Shown: positions 47,101 through 58,900 of the stretch, one piece after another
Layout of the letters: every line of letters begins with the position of its first letter
Numbering within the stretch: position 1 is the first letter of the stretch
IMG/VR virus record: IMGVR_UViG_3300009605_004544
Coordinates: 32,001-96,000 of that record
Length of the DNA stretch: 64,000 nucleotides
Strand: one strand, 5' to 3'
Source: a virus
Translations under genes and position numbers: made by a program
Notes under the pieces: model-generated
What the model was told of the DNA's origin: nothing
Database searches by the model: none
The model's input: only the letters and a program-made list of their open reading frames with translations

Positions 47101-50100
47101 TTTTACCACCCTCAACTTCATCCGACCCACAGCCACTAGCTTCCCTGTTGCTACAGGCAATACCAAAACCGGGAATCACGCTAACACCAATACCAGACTC
47201 CCTCCCCGTCTCTCCCGAAAACGGGCCGCCGTCGCACATTGAATCAAGCCCCGTTACAGCAAATCCCTTGCCAAAGTCAATAAAGTACGCCGGGAAGAAA
47301 GGCACGACCGATGCCCCGGCTGCCCCCGCGCCCTCGTCGAGAGCGGGGTCGCATCCAGTTCCGTAGTCAACGCCGTGACACGATATTGGGATGATGTCAC
47401 GCTGCTCCACCGAAACCAATAATCCTTTACGGCCCTTGCCGGATTCCTCTGGAGTGCCTGCAAGGCATGTTGGAGCGAGCGGGTCGTTTTCCCAGACACC
47501 AGATACCTGAACGCCCCTACCCCACTCGATAAATTCCCAATCGTTTAAGTCGGGACAGTCGCTTTCTCCAGATTTACCAACATAACCCCCGTACTCTATC
47601 GCGTCACGGATGCAATCGTGCTGCTCGCCAACGTTGCTAATGGATTCGCATGCACACCAGTCAATACTACCACACGGATCGTGAATCGCCGTTCCCGGCA
47701 CGCCAGTTGATGTGTACTGTCGCGGCACGGCCCTATCACTGCAAGCCGCTGAGAGACCACCCCCTTCTCCACCACCAAGCAACCAATACTCACAAGCTGC
47801 TGTGTCATAATAGGCAACGCCCTTAACGATGCTCTTATCTGTAGGATTGAAAACTTGAATTGTAGGTGACGAAATAACGTTGCCTTCTTTATCATATATA
47901 TCCTCGGCGCCCTTAAGAACATTGGCCGTTCCGTATCCCCCCGCACCAATGCCAGTAGCGGATTCTACCTGATACATCCTAAACGCCGGGGGAATAGTCC
48001 AAACCCCTCTGGCCCTGTCAAATCTTAAGTCTACGGGAGCGGCGGGCCAGTCACGAGCGTCTGACAACCAGTCCTCTTTGAATTTATCAGTTAAATTCTC
48101 GTAGTTATCTTGCCAAGTTCCTGCGCTATCCCCTACAGAGTTAGGAACTGGCTTGCCATAGATATCGTATCCCCATCCATGTATAACTAGCGGCCCTCTA
48201 AGGGCAAAATGACGATAGTCCGCTGCGTAGTTTGCATTTCCTGAAATATGAATAAGTAGAGAGTCAGTTCCACCGATCTGATTATCCAACAGCCAAGACA
48301 TTGATTCTCTAGCGACCGCTTCAACATCATGGCCGCTGGTGCTCTCATTCCCCCGGAAACCGTCAAGGAGAGTAGTGTTGGAAACCGGGTCTGCCAGATA
48401 GTCTAAATATTTTTGAACGACAGGCAATCCAGTGTACCCATCCACGGGAGGGGGAGGCGCAGATGTCTGAAAAGTAGGGCAGTTTCCGCTATTTGATGCA
48501 ATCTTAGGGAGGCCCGCATCTCCGTAATTAGATACTGGTCTAATAATGGCATCCATACTTACATAGGATGTGCTGTCATACTCTGAATAGTATGGCATCG
48601 TATGCTTGTCTGGAATTATGACAATTTTTCTTTTAGGATCAGAGGTAAGCTTGCCTGCAAACCATATGCCGGGGCTTCTAGGGGCTAGTGCCCCCTTACC
48701 TATGTCATCAGTAGCAATACGAGAAAGTTTTGTATCTCCCCCTCTTGATTCCGCTACTTTTAACAGCTTGCTGAGTGCTGAACTTGCACGAAGGTCTCGC
48801 TCACCTTTAAGCTTATTTAAACCGATCTGCTTGACACGTTCCGCATTTCCCTTAGAGAATCTGCCAAAAACAGGAGTAAAAGTGCTAATGGTATAGGAGG
48901 TTGTCACCCCTCCGGGGCCTACCGTGACGTTGATACTTGACACGCTTGCACCACCAGTCTGCTGCCCAACAGACCATGACACAAAGTTATACATGGCTGG
49001 ACCGTTAGGATAAGAGTGTGAGCCAACCCCAAGAGATCTGCCATCATATCTAGTATTAGGTGAATTAGCCAATAGTGCAGATCCCAATGACAGCGTGGGA
49101 TAGCCCGGTATGGTAACTTCTCCCCTCTCACCAAATTGCATAGCCGTGATCGCATTAGCGACCTTGGCAGTCCCTGCGGCATTCATAAACTCGCTGCCAC
49201 CATATTCCCAAGGAGCTAAGCCGTCGTCTACTTCACAGTGCACAGAGCCGGGATTTGCTCCTACAGCATACCATGGACCATAAGTTCTAGTATTACTTTT
49301 GACAGGCACTCCCGCTTGGTATGGATAGGCAACGGCAGCCCCAACGGCCCCCACCGTTTCACCCTGAGCACCAAGTTTATTTTTAGTAACTACTGGCGTA
49401 ACTCCAGCAGCGCCCTGTGGCTTAGCATCCATTAGCTTAGAGTTGGACTCTATCGCTGGAATACTCTCCCCGTCTAGCACGGGAGTTCCTATTTTTAATA
49501 GCGCCGCGAGCTTGTCATCATCGGGCACTCCTATGACCGGGGTTCCTTCAACCCATTTTTGCTCAACACTGGCTTTTACCCAAACCTCAGTACCCAGAAC
49601 AAGATAATCATCTTGATTCAGTGCTTTAAGATTTAAATCTGCTCCAGTATATTTTAGTATTGGCTGGATTTTGCCCGATTCGTCTTTAAAGAAATCTGCT
49701 GCAATACTGGGATTATCTATCCCTAAAATGTCTGTGTCATCGTTAGGTGTTGCCCACCCCCCGTCTGTCGATGGTTCGTCACTATAAACGGTCTTTTTAG
49801 TATCTGTGTCTGTGTTAGAACATACATGAGGGCACAGTACTAAAAATTGCTTACCCCAAAAGTCTTGCACATATGATTGGAACCAACTAAAAAATGTTTT
49901 CCCATCTATAACCTTTGGGTTGGTTGGGGTGCCGTCATTTCCCCCTCCCTCTCTTCCAACCAAGCCGTCTATGGCAACGCGATCATCCATAGCGCCGGGG
50001 TCTCTGTTTCTAACATCATTTAGCTTGATTTCCAGAGTATCCCTATAATATCTCTGTATAACCGTATCAACCCCTCCGACCTTCTCCATCGTTAAAATTT

Positions 50101-51415
50101 TGGCCAAGAAAGTCTCATAGTCTCCGAGCACGTACCTCATCTCATTTTCAAAAACTGAACCAAATTTGCCACCAACTATACCTTCAGTGACTGGGTTGTT
50201 AAGAACTAAGTTGATTTTACGAAAATCTAGATGAACCTCCCATCCTTGCTTGCTCGATCCGGTGTTGCCCGGTCCACTGAACTCAGACTCTATCAGTTCC
50301 CCCTCTGCGTCATAACCCCAGAAGGGGGTCATATTGTTCGGGTCTATTTCTTGAAAATAAGATCTCCCATTTGCTCCAATGAGGAAGCTGCTATTTATTT
50401 CAGATCGCAACTCTCGACCAAAGGAGTCAGAGACAATACCGTCACCACCAAGGTTAATGTTGTTGGCAGTAATAAAGCTAGTTATCTCAGAAGTTCCAAG
50501 CGACGGCTGATTAGCTCTTGATATAGTTCTTACTTTAATTACCAAGGAAGTTCCGGTAGGCAGCAACTCTACATAGTAATCGCATCCAGCATCTGCACAG
50601 ACCTGATTAATAAGCTCGCTTAAAGAAACAATAGGCCCTGTGATTCTATAGTCCCACGTATATGAATTTGGCACCTCTTCTATATCAAGAATATATTTAG
50701 CGCCTGCCGTATGTATCCCATAATTTAATTCGCCCCACCCTCCCCCGCTCGTTCCTCGATAGAATAAGCCGCCTTGAGAATAAGTAGAGGGAACTCCCCC
50801 AACAGAGCCAGCCAAGTCCTGCATCGCGGCTTTGATTAAGTCCCAAGGAATGCCCCTGTCTGTTCTGCGAGACCCTCCAAATCCTCCAGCCGGGGCGCCA
50901 AAGCCCACGTCATTCACCGTGACATCTGGGCAGTTACTGGCGGTCCCTTCCAAATAACCGTATACATTAAACAGGTTGTAAAGACCTTGATGTCCCCCTT
51001 CATATTTATCCAAGATAACTTGCGCGTGATCTAAAATAGCTCGTGGATCAATGAGCTTTACGGTATATACGGGGTAGCCGTCAGCGCCTTCTTTTACAGT
51101 CCATCCTTGTATTAGTCCAGAATATTCAAAATCAGCGACCCTAAAATAAACAGGAGCGCCTACGTTTGGAAATGTAAATCCGGGGTCTGCTGCCGTCCAA
51201 TACTGTGGCGTAACATAAACGCCATGCCCAGCCCAATACTCTTTAGAGTAGCCCGGAGGGGAGGCGCACCGGTCTGCCGCGAGTTCGACAGTGACCTCTG
51301 ACGATGACCCATTCCAACCTGCGGTTGCAGAAAAGCTTAAAACACTGCATCCTAAGAAGAGTGTTTGCCTATATCCACCATAAACCGATTGGGGGGTGCA
51401 AGTCGAGTAGCTCAT
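44114..51415 (-). CDS. Giant tail protein: baseplate hub/central-tail-like N-half fused to Cys-rich repeat fibre
   Basis: Two genes downstream of the tape measure; hub-like strings (LSELINQVCADAGCDYYV; GEVTIPGYP; SINVTVGPGGVTTSY); C-half with xFGxGL repeats. Confidence 0.7.
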   Translation of the reverse strand: MSYSTCTPQSVYGGYRQTLFLGCSVLSFSATAGWNGSSSEVTVELAADRCASPPGYSKEYWAGHGVYVTPQYWTAADPGFTFPNVGAPVYFRVADFEYSGLIQGWTVKEGADGYPVYTVKLIDPRAILDHAQVILDKYEGGHQGLYNLFNVYGYLEGTASNCPDVTVNDVGFGAPAGGFGGSRRTDRGIPWDLIKAAMQDLAGSVGGVPSTYSQGGLFYRGTSGGGWGELNYGIHTAGAKYILDIEEVPNSYTWDYRITGPIVSLSELINQVCADAGCDYYVELLPTGTSLVIKVRTISRANQPSLGTSEITSFITANNINLGGDGIVSDSFGRELRSEINSSFLIGANGRSYFQEIDPNNMTPFWGYDAEGELIESEFSGPGNTGSSKQGWEVHLDFRKINLVLNNPVTEGIVGGKFGSVFENEMRYVLGDYETFLAKILTMEKVGGVDTVIQRYYRDTLEIKLNDVRNRDPGAMDDRVAIDGLVGREGGGNDGTPTNPKVIDGKTFFSWFQSYVQDFWGKQFLVLCPHVCSNTDTDTKKTVYSDEPSTDGGWATPNDDTDILGIDNPSIAADFFKDESGKIQPILKYTGADLNLKALNQDDYLVLGTEVWVKASVEQKWVEGTPVIGVPDDDKLAALLKIGTPVLDGESIPAIESNSKLMDAKPQGAAGVTPVVTKNKLGAQGETVGAVGAAVAYPYQAGVPVKSNTRTYGPWYAVGANPGSVHCEVDDGLAPWEYGGSEFMNAAGTAKVANAITAMQFGERGEVTIPGYPTLSLGSALLANSPNTRYDGRSLGVGSHSYPNGPAMYNFVSWSVGQQTGGASVSSINVTVGPGGVTTSYTISTFTPVFGRFSKGNAERVKQIGLNKLKGERDLRASSALSKLLKVAESRGGDTKLSRIATDDIGKGALAPRSPGIWFAGKLTSDPKRKIVIIPDKHTMPYYSEYDSTSYVSMDAIIRPVSNYGDAGLPKIASNSGNCPTFQTSAPPPPVDGYTGLPVVQKYLDYLADPVSNTTLLDGFRGNESTSGHDVEAVARESMSWLLDNQIGGTDSLLIHISGNANYAADYRHFALRGPLVIHGWGYDIYGKPVPNSVGDSAGTWQDNYENLTDKFKEDWLSDARDWPAAPVDLRFDRARGVWTIPPAFRMYQVESATGIGAGGYGTANVLKGAEDIYDKEGNVISSPTIQVFNPTDKSIVKGVAYYDTAACEYWLLGGGEGGGLSAACSDRAVPRQYTSTGVPGTAIHDPCGSIDWCACESISNVGEQHDCIRDAIEYGGYVGKSGESDCPDLNDWEFIEWGRGVQVSGVWENDPLAPTCLAGTPEESGKGRKGLLVSVEQRDIIPISCHGVDYGTGCDPALDEGAGAAGASVVPFFPAYFIDFGKGFAVTGLDSMCDGGPFSGETGRESGIGVSVIPGFGIACSNREASGCGSDEVEGGKKWEEKPTWDPVIEFFEFGKGLQISGIQDFTGGRGGSSGLLISMDSGSPGIGIACSEREASGCDQFSQSPKFDPAWEFLEFGNGIDVSGIEHGKKSGVLVSVGSQSGQGIAVACSEREATGCGQFNDTPDFSIPKAKYLNFGKGLNVKGLAGEGGSGLLISVNTSGNSGGVAVACSQRTACDSLYDAPTYCCDIFPEVADLDFTKDRAEFIEFGRNLIVSGVNTQDKTGVLVSSKIAIGCSDRELKKGCDPELPDEMTKYGVEFIEFGDGIAVSGVQEDGWSGVAISVEGTMKVGTTGCGTGWLPCASTSCLIIGTGLTWDTGTNVVAGPLISDILCDNSYVDDEWLNQPFGTLLVGTGLTLNRDISPVEQPPDPNGFPTGGCSVWLNTTHCVTGTTAGGQEIGGLFECLKFGSGFYVEEGISGHNCGAYTLHSSGIKIGATGCKSEFECKPVDCLVFGSGLTVDPITNTVSGPSVKLVAPCSGNDFGPVVPDQITFGSGLTGVFNFSTCDFQVDAPQWIRTTPCGTPASDAAGFSPLSDDEHRFFNTLDMSTGLFVSQSGCAFKITGPRYSGLGTCEADEEANRARDYGPTPFDTLVFGSGIEKAGPECAPILHAVQYISNKGCENKPTTKFNETFFRNIIISTGLNAKVVPDFPCAFEITGPDVSGMSVCDRDGMPSTPFQTLIFGSGLQVELDAPGTEGQCAATVNLVQKFRTRSGSVASPSQGIRNDVCHDGPFECIGIGTGLTMEDEGDCEALISWNGFDYRVTGCVDAVTASIVSRARSVVFGTGFGYMGQSHTPAADRLDFALTAGPQWTDHDAYLCADYAQADHQVACEVSGYKGLDVRVAEGDNVSTIFLAPNVHQFTEDSDNCKIPDGANGGALHTQMLELGVGLEKIASYSTASECKTLIAKNLTVGGIGDYIKEITFDAIGGCTTLQGTFQESCDDGKYTKMKMGTIGYKGDLPVITGIACSGDSMAVFAATLTFCNGLLQGVS
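44420..46190 (-). repeat. About 12 degenerate ~35-50-aa repeats (LxFGSGL / IGTGL with paired Cys)
   Basis: LIIGTGL, LLVGTGL, LKFGSGF, LVFGSGL, ITFGSGL, LDMSTGL, LVFGSGI, IIISTGL, LIFGSGL, IGIGTGL, VVFGTGF, LELGVGL. Confidence 0.7.
46240..47560 (-). repeat. About 7 imperfect ~55-70-aa protein repeats (ACSxRExxGC...EFxEFGxG(L/I)xVSG...SG(L/V)L(I/V)SV)
   Basis: Visible in translation: IACSNREASGC, IACSEREASGC, VACSEREATGC, VACSQRTAC, IGCSDRELKKGC, each followed by EF.EFG.G; boundaries approximate. Confidence 0.8.
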
Positions 51416-51427
51416 TCAAAATTATCC

Positions 51428-52927
51428 TTAATAACAGTATCCCACAGTCCAAGACTTACTAAGGGTAAAATGTCCTACTTTGGGTTCCCACCCTATACTA
51501 TGGCTGCTCACAAATACCTGATTAAACTCATTTCTTAATGTGGTTTCATAGTTATTAACCAGTTGGTCGTATACGTCTGGTGGATGGACAAAGTCCGTAT
51601 GGGCGCAGTCTCCCACAAGGGGTATTATTGCATCGATACTAATGTCTCGTGTCGTCGCTGATGTCGTTGAAATTGCTTGGAATAGCGGCCCTCTAGGCTT
51701 GCCGAGTATTGTTAGAGAGGCGAATATGTCGCTAGGTTGGTTGAAATTGAAGGTAATACTTTCCTGTAACGCCCCGGTATAACAATTGGGTGGTCTGTCA
51801 TCATAACTTTTATTGTATGTAACAGTGCCTCCAATAACATTATAGCCAATACTCTCACTTAAAGGTACAGCATTTAGATCACCAGACCAATTACCCCCAA
51901 CCGAATTATAAACAGCGGAGGCGCGACCGGCTAACAATCCTTCTACACCGCTCCAAGAAGCAAGCGCTGCATTGAATTTAGGAGCGCCCGAAGGAGGACA
52001 ATCGTCATAATTAATCGTGCTAAAGCCTTGTATAGTTCCATTAATAGTAATCGTTGTGAGGATATTGTCCGCAGCCTTATCAATAGTGACCTCGAAATCT
52101 TCTGTAGCAGGATTACCCCCAGTAAAAGTAATCCAAGTTTCAGTGGCATTAACGCTTCCCTCGCCTTGGTTAACGCTGATGCTTCTAAAGTTGTTGGAGA
52201 ATGTTTGACCATCTGCTCCTACGCACATTAATCCCACCAAGCCTGTCATGTCTGAAGTAATGCCCAAGTTTGCAGAAACGTATGACTTTGCTCTTTCATA
52301 GGGCTGCACATAGTCCGACCCTGCACATGCCAACGAATCCCCCACCGCAGAAAGGGTTCTCTGAATAGAGAACACGGTTGGAATAGCCCCAAATGCCTCA
52401 ATAGATATGTCCCCCCCGACCTTTTCGTCTAGAAATTCTACCGTGAATTCGTCACTGATAGAAATTAGACCACTTCCTCCCAAGTCCCCAATTGTTGTTC
52501 CGTCACAATCTATTCCAGCCGTTTCTGACCCTGCGCCAGTCAAGGATGGAAGTTCTAAACTAATGGTATAGTCTGCGCGACGAATGTAATTATCGTCCGC
52601 ATTGTTAATATCTATGCTAACAACCTTGGGATACCCACTAATTATAGGATCATTAGTATTGCATTGCAAGAACAGTAACTTAAAATCCTTATCAAAAGCT
52701 GTTCTGAGATCAGCAACTCCATTAAATACCTTGGTCAGTCCACCTACATGGCCACCGATTGGGTCAATGCCTGTTGGGAGAATATGGCCATTCAGCGTGA
52801 GGCTATACTTGGTTCCGAGACCGGTATTGGCAGGGGTCTTTAGGATTTCTTTATTAACGGTAAATAACGGCCTTGGGTCAAAGACGTACTCGCCGTATTT
52901 AAATGTAATTCCGTCGCCAAGTGGCAT
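51428..52927 (-). CDS. Tail/baseplate structural protein (distal-tail position)
   Basis: Directly downstream of the tape measure; beta-rich, with repeated TITINGTIQG/SLTLNGHI-type strands. Confidence 0.6.
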   Translation of the reverse strand: MPLGDGITFKYGEYVFDPRPLFTVNKEILKTPANTGLGTKYSLTLNGHILPTGIDPIGGHVGGLTKVFNGVADLRTAFDKDFKLLFLQCNTNDPIISGYPKVVSIDINNADDNYIRRADYTISLELPSLTGAGSETAGIDCDGTTIGDLGGSGLISISDEFTVEFLDEKVGGDISIEAFGAIPTVFSIQRTLSAVGDSLACAGSDYVQPYERAKSYVSANLGITSDMTGLVGLMCVGADGQTFSNNFRSISVNQGEGSVNATETWITFTGGNPATEDFEVTIDKAADNILTTITINGTIQGFSTINYDDCPPSGAPKFNAALASWSGVEGLLAGRASAVYNSVGGNWSGDLNAVPLSESIGYNVIGGTVTYNKSYDDRPPNCYTGALQESITFNFNQPSDIFASLTILGKPRGPLFQAISTTSATTRDISIDAIIPLVGDCAHTDFVHPPDVYDQLVNNYETTLRNEFNQVFVSSHSIGWEPKVGHFTLSKSWTVGYCY

Positions 52928-52965
52928 TGTATTATCTCTCTATTTGTACTAAACTAAATATGTTA

Positions 52966-55900
52966 TCACGCTAAGCCCCCGGCGGGGCCAAACGGTGTTT
53001 GAAGCGATGGATCTATTGTCGTACCGTCTGGGTTAAATCTTGAATTGAGGGCTTCCTGTACCGTATCGCGGATCTCTGACGAGAGACCGGTTCTCAATTT
53101 CTCAAGAAGTCCGTTGTCAGTCAAGGTTACTGATATTGGCCCAATTTGTGCCCTAATACTAATTTCTGTAGCCTGTAGTCTTTCTAAAGCCGCTTGCCCA
53201 AATTTTTCTCCTGCTATAGCCCACTGTTCTCCTGATGCAAACAATGTAGCGGCTCTCTCTAGATGGCCTGCAATGATTACTCCAGCAGATTCTGCGCCCT
53301 GTTGCATTTGTGTTATAATGTTTCCACCAGCAGCCGCACCTCCACCACCGCCACCAGCACCGCCGCCAGCACCGCCACCAGCTGCGGGCGCCGAAAGCAC
53401 CGCTTGTCTTTTTCTGTCTCCCTCTGTCTGAAGTCGTTCTTGCTCTTTAGCTGCCCTCTCTTTTTCATGCATCTCCTGCGCCCTGATCAATTCCATTTCT
53501 TCTTCTTGGGCCTTTCTGACACGTTCCTCTTTATATCTTCTAAAAGCGGGCAGCCCACGTCCTCCCATTGCTCTTTGTCGTTCGTCCTCTTCAATTCCGG
53601 CTTCTATTAGAGAAGTATCTCCAGTTGGACGACCCCCTTCATCAAACCCAAACTCAGGCCTGCGGGAGTTCACGCCCCCAAGGCGGTTCTCGTCTATTCT
53701 CTTTGTACTCTCTTGACGTTGTATGGCATTCTTAAGTGCTTTTTCATCATTAAATCTACCTTTCATCTGACCCTTATTTATGAAACGCTTCCTTCTCTTA
53801 ACCAAAGAGGAGTCGCCCGATGCATCAATGCCTAGGCCCGTATTAAATTTTCTCTCAGCCTTTGCTGCCGACTTGGCCTTTTCATCTTCCAGTCCCTCAA
53901 GCGTCTTAGCACTTTTCTCTTGATCCGCAGCGATCTTTCTATCCGTTTGTTCTTTAATAAGATCTGCTTGTTGAGCCGCATTAGCAAGACCACCACCAGC
54001 ACCCCCACCTCCTCCTCCTCCTCCTGCTTTACAACACTCTACTAGCTTTACTATATTTTTATCAATGTTAATCAAGACGCCCAGCATTCCCCCTGCCGGA
54101 AATCCTCCGGGGCCTGCTGGAGCAACGCCCGCAGCACCTGCACCAGCACCTCCCGGTCCACCTGCACCAGCACCTCCCGGTCCACCAGCAACCCCAACAC
54201 CGCTGGCTGCAACTCTAGCCGCAGCGTCGGCCTCTCTCTTATCCTGTGCCTTTTTCTTGTCCGCATCGTTCTTCTTTCTTTTCGCGTCTCTTTCATCTTG
54301 TAGTCTTTGTTGTTCATTCCTCGACGCTTGCATTTGTGCATCAAGCTGACCCCGCGTTACTCTGGTCTGGCCCCCCGATTCTGAGAATTCTCTAATTCCC
54401 TTAACAGAACTAACCCTTCCGGCATTCATAAATTCCTTGAGCTTGGCAACTGGGTCATCGGGGCCAATTGCAAACTCTCCAGCGCCCACGTCTTTAGGCT
54501 CCAAGGCCTTCGCTCGTCCCGGTGCCTTGGCACGTTCGAATGGGTCTCCCTCCCTTGCGGTTGTTATGCGATCCTTGTTAATCTCTCTCAGCTGGTCCCT
54601 TTTCTTTTTATCCGCACCTTTCTGAAGGGCCGCCGTACTCACGTCTGGACGGAATGCGGCGCCGCCAACTCTGCCTCTGGCTTGCGCTCTCGCGCCTGTT
54701 GCAGCAGCGCCACTGAGAACTCTTTCTTCTCCTACGGTTTGCTCTCTACGGCTACTTAGTGTTAACGCAGCACTCACCATCCTCGCCGTTGCCGGTGATT
54801 GTATCGACCCTTGTAGCTCTGGATCAGCCCCAGCCCCAGTCCCGCGCGTTGTACCTCCCTCGAATTTCTCATCGAGTAGTTCCCGAAGCCTCAAGCTTCG
54901 CGCTCTAGTCTTTTCTGAATCCGAAGCGTCGTCGGCGGCCCCACGTTCTCTCACTCCCTGTCTGTCCAGTCTAGCCGCTTTCTCGGCTTCCGTTTCGGGC
55001 CTCATCCCACCGGCGTTATTCTTCCGCAATCTGTCTTGAAACTCCCTAGATGTAGGAAGATCTTCGTCGAATTCCGCCTGCGTAATCGACTTTGTTACTC
55101 CCTCCCGTGTCTCCGATAAGACACCTTCTGGCCCGTGAAACGGCGGATACGCAAAGCCCCGATCTTCCTCCAGCGTTCTCTCTTGCGATGGTCTCGGGTG
55201 AGCCGGTTCGGTCACTCTCAGTGATGGTCTCTCCTCTGGGACAGGGTCTGGGACAGGATCTTTTGCTGGTGGAACTTGCCCTTCCTTCCTTGAGTCTTGG
55301 ATCGCCTTTATGAGTTCAAGGGTTTTTGGAATCCCTTCCTCAACGATAATCCTAGTCACCTCGTCTTGATCACCTGTCTCCTCTGCCGCCTCAACCCGGT
55401 CGCTGATCGCTCTCGATTCCTTTTTAAGTCGGTCTATCTTTTCTCTCGCGCCCTCTTCTTTTTTCAATGCCTTTTTCTCGGACGGTACAGGCGTCTTCAT
55501 TTCATCCGTTGTTTTTGGAATGTTCTCAGTAGCCTTCTTATTTTCTTCTGTTTTCTTAACAACCTCTGCCGTCGTGGTATTAAGTGCTTGTGTCTCAGGA
55601 AGCAAGCCACCACACAGACAGGTAAGTATCTGCTTTAAAATATCATTGCTTGTTTGTATCGCTCCAAGAATCCCACCAGCACGGGCCTGTGTCTTGGCAG
55701 CTTGCTTAGCTTTCGGATCTTGCGGAGCCTCTTGTTGAGCCTTGATGCGTTTTCTGACCTCTTCTAATGCCTTTTTCTTTTCAACGAATGGATCTTTTGA
55801 GCGAACGTCTCTCTTTCCGGACTCCCCTGTCTCGCTTGCTGTAATATCAGAAATGTCTTTAGTCAAATCGGCTATCAGTTTATCTAGGAGTCCTAAAGCT

Positions 55901-58900
55901 TCCACGTCTGTCTTGCCAGTTAGCTGTCCTTCAAGATCGCTCAGCGTCTTATCCAAAAACTCCCCCAACAACCCCGCCTCTGGGAATGCGCTACTGGTAA
56001 GATTCTTCCGAAGACCCGTCTCTCCAAACTTGCCCGATTCAGCCCCGTCTTTGGCAACTCTATCAATTTGAGCTTGAATGTCATCAAATATTGTTAAGAA
56101 GCTTCCCTTGGCGCGATTGGGGTCAGGCTGGGACAGAGTACTCGGATCAACCCCGGTCGCCAACGCCAACGCCCTCAGATCAAGAGGAGATGTTGTCAAC
56201 TCACCACCCAACACGGTAATGATCGCATCAAGCCTTCTGGTGATTTCAGTACAGCAAAGGCCAAGTCCAATCTCAGCGGCAGCAGACTTGTCTGACCTTT
56301 TGGCTTCGGCTTCCTCTCTTTGTTCTCTCGGTGCTGGTCTCCCCTCTTGAGATGTTCGAGACTTCTCTTTCTTTTTGCCGTCGTCTGCTGCCTTACCGTC
56401 TTTCTTCTCTTCGCCCTCTATTAAATCTTTGTCCTTTTTAGCTTTATCTTTCGCTTCCTTCTCGTCCTTTTTACGAACTTTATTCTGCTTCTTCTGACTT
56501 TCGTTGAGTTTTTGTGCTCTCTTAAGTCGGTTCGCAGCGCGCCTCTCGATTTCTTCTTCAATCTTCAATCTCTCTTTGGCAGCCTCAAGCTCTGTCTTAT
56601 TGGTTCGCGTCGGCATCCTTTGAACTTCTGCTTCTGCTCCAGCAACCCTAGTTCGTGCCTGCTCTGTTACCTTTTGCTGCTTCTCAAGACGCACTCTTGC
56701 TAAGTCTTCTGCCGCTTGAGCAGATGTACCCCCTCGCATTGCAGCAAACTCCGCTACTGCATCTTGGAAGTCATGGGCTGCCCGTAAAAATCCTTCTTCA
56801 GCGGTTTGCAATACAACCTGAAGTTGAGCATTTTGGCGTGCGGTTTGTTTCTCAAGTATACCAATCTGAGCATTTCCGATTCTCTCCATAACAGTGCCCA
56901 GAGTCTCCTGTTCGGTTTGTGCATCTAGTATGTTGTTCAGTTCTTGCCTAAGAATATCACCGACACCCGGCAGTCCACCGGCCTCTGCCATTCCCACTCC
57001 TCTTATACCCGCAGATGTAATTAGGTTATTAAGCAACTCATCTTTTATCTTCTGAACCTCTCCCGCATCGCCCGGATCTAGCCCTCTAGCTTCAGCAATG
57101 CCGCGAGCTTTAGTTTCTATTCGACCCGCAAGTAACTTGTCCCCACCCTGAAGTCTGGTGATGAGGTCTACAGCTTCGTCAAAACTAACCGACCCACCAT
57201 CTGCGGTTGCGCGCTCTAGAGCATCCAGCGGTCCCGTAATTGTCTTGTTAAAGTCTTGAACAGTTATTTCGCCCTTCTGGAGCTTATTGAGTCCATCCAA
57301 TATGGAGACCACGGTTGACTTTGATGCCAACTCTCTGGCCTTCTGCTCATGTATTTTCCCTTCGATGGCGGCTAATAATCTAGTATCGTTTGCCAATTCC
57401 TTTAGAGCGGCTTCCGTCCCGTTAATCTCTGAATTTAATTTCGCCAACTCATCAGAATTCGCCCTCATCTCTTGTGTTAGCGCTACTGCACCTTCACCAC
57501 CTCCACCCAATGCGGCCTGTCCCGGTTTCAAGCCAAGCTTCTGTCTCGCAGCGTCTCGTTTTTGCTCTAGAGTTTCCAATCTATTGAACAGAGTGTTCGG
57601 GTCTAACACGTCTCCAGCGAGTGCAGTTCCGCCCTGTACGCCACCCTTCGCAAGAATCTCCAGTCTCTTCTGGAGGTCGGCGGTTGCTCTCTTGAACGCA
57701 TTAGGCGTCCTACCCAACGCCTTATCTATCCTGTCCCTAATGGATTCCTGCTTATCCAGCACTCCAAGCTCGCTTTCTAATCGGAACTTATTTATTTTTT
57801 GTTGTACGCGAGCCACATCTAACAGTGAATTTTTGAATGAATTGAGGGCACTAAAAGCAGCAGAAAGCTGTTGAGCAGCTATTTCAGAAACTTGCCCAAG
57901 AAGCTCCGTAACCTTACCGGTCTTTTCAAGAATATTTGTAAGCTGGTCAAAGCTAAACACGAGACCTTCGCCTTGGCGTCCTTGGGCTGCTTCACCCTCT
58001 AATGCCTTTACCAGTGCTTCCATGGCTTGGGGAGGTAGCTCTATGCCCGCGCCCAACAGCCCCGAGCCTGCTTCTTTATCAGTGGCTTTTTTGCCTATGA
58101 TGGCATCTCTTACATCCTGATTGCTGATAGTCTCACCGGGTTCGCGACCAAGCTTGAGGTCATTTAAAACATCTCTCATAATTCTGGGCAAGTCACTTTG
58201 AGCCTTTGCTAAGTCTCCCAAGTTCTTAAAGGCAACGTCTCCTTCGTCCTTACCTCCCAAGCTTTGTAGTTGGCTTACCCCTGCGTCAATTTGCTCATCG
58301 GTAGCAGCAGCTACATTTTCAAACGGGTTGAATTCCTCAAGCTTCCCAATAAGCTTTTCTCCTGTTATCATATCAAACTCAGATTGAATTTGACCAGCAA
58401 GAGTTTGAACTTGATCGGAAATGCCCGTAAGAGTACCTCCAAACAGTTCTAGCCCGGCAGCTAAGGCGTCTAGCGCCTGAGTAGACTGTCTCAATAGCTC
58501 AGTTGATCTAGCCCGTGCCGCTGACTCTGCAACCATTTCTACGGTCTGTTGCTCAACGGCCCTAATGGACCTCAAGGCCCCTTTTGCTGCGTCGGATTGT
58601 GCCTTAGTGCCACTTTCAACTATCTTTTCTAGCTCCGCTATCTTGTCCCTCAAAATACCTATCTTGGCTGCCCCGTCAGCCGCTTCCGCAAGCTCCGCAT
58701 TTAAGTCAACAAATACTTCTGCTAATTTTCCGGCCTCGGCCTCTCTTCCGGATTTCTCTAGCAGCGTTATTTGATTCGCTACGTCTTTCAAAAACTTAAT
58801 CTGGGTCAAGTTTCCAATAAACCTATCCAGTTCTTTACCAAATTTGCCTAGAGGGTCTGCTACATTAGTAAGAGTGGAGCTTAAGTCCGCAAAGGCATTA

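Noticed and set aside
44114-47800. Diversity-generating retroelement target/template repeats in the fibre gene
   Set aside because: Repeats are degenerate protein-level repeats, not near-identical DNA pairs differing at adenines; no reverse transcriptase in the window
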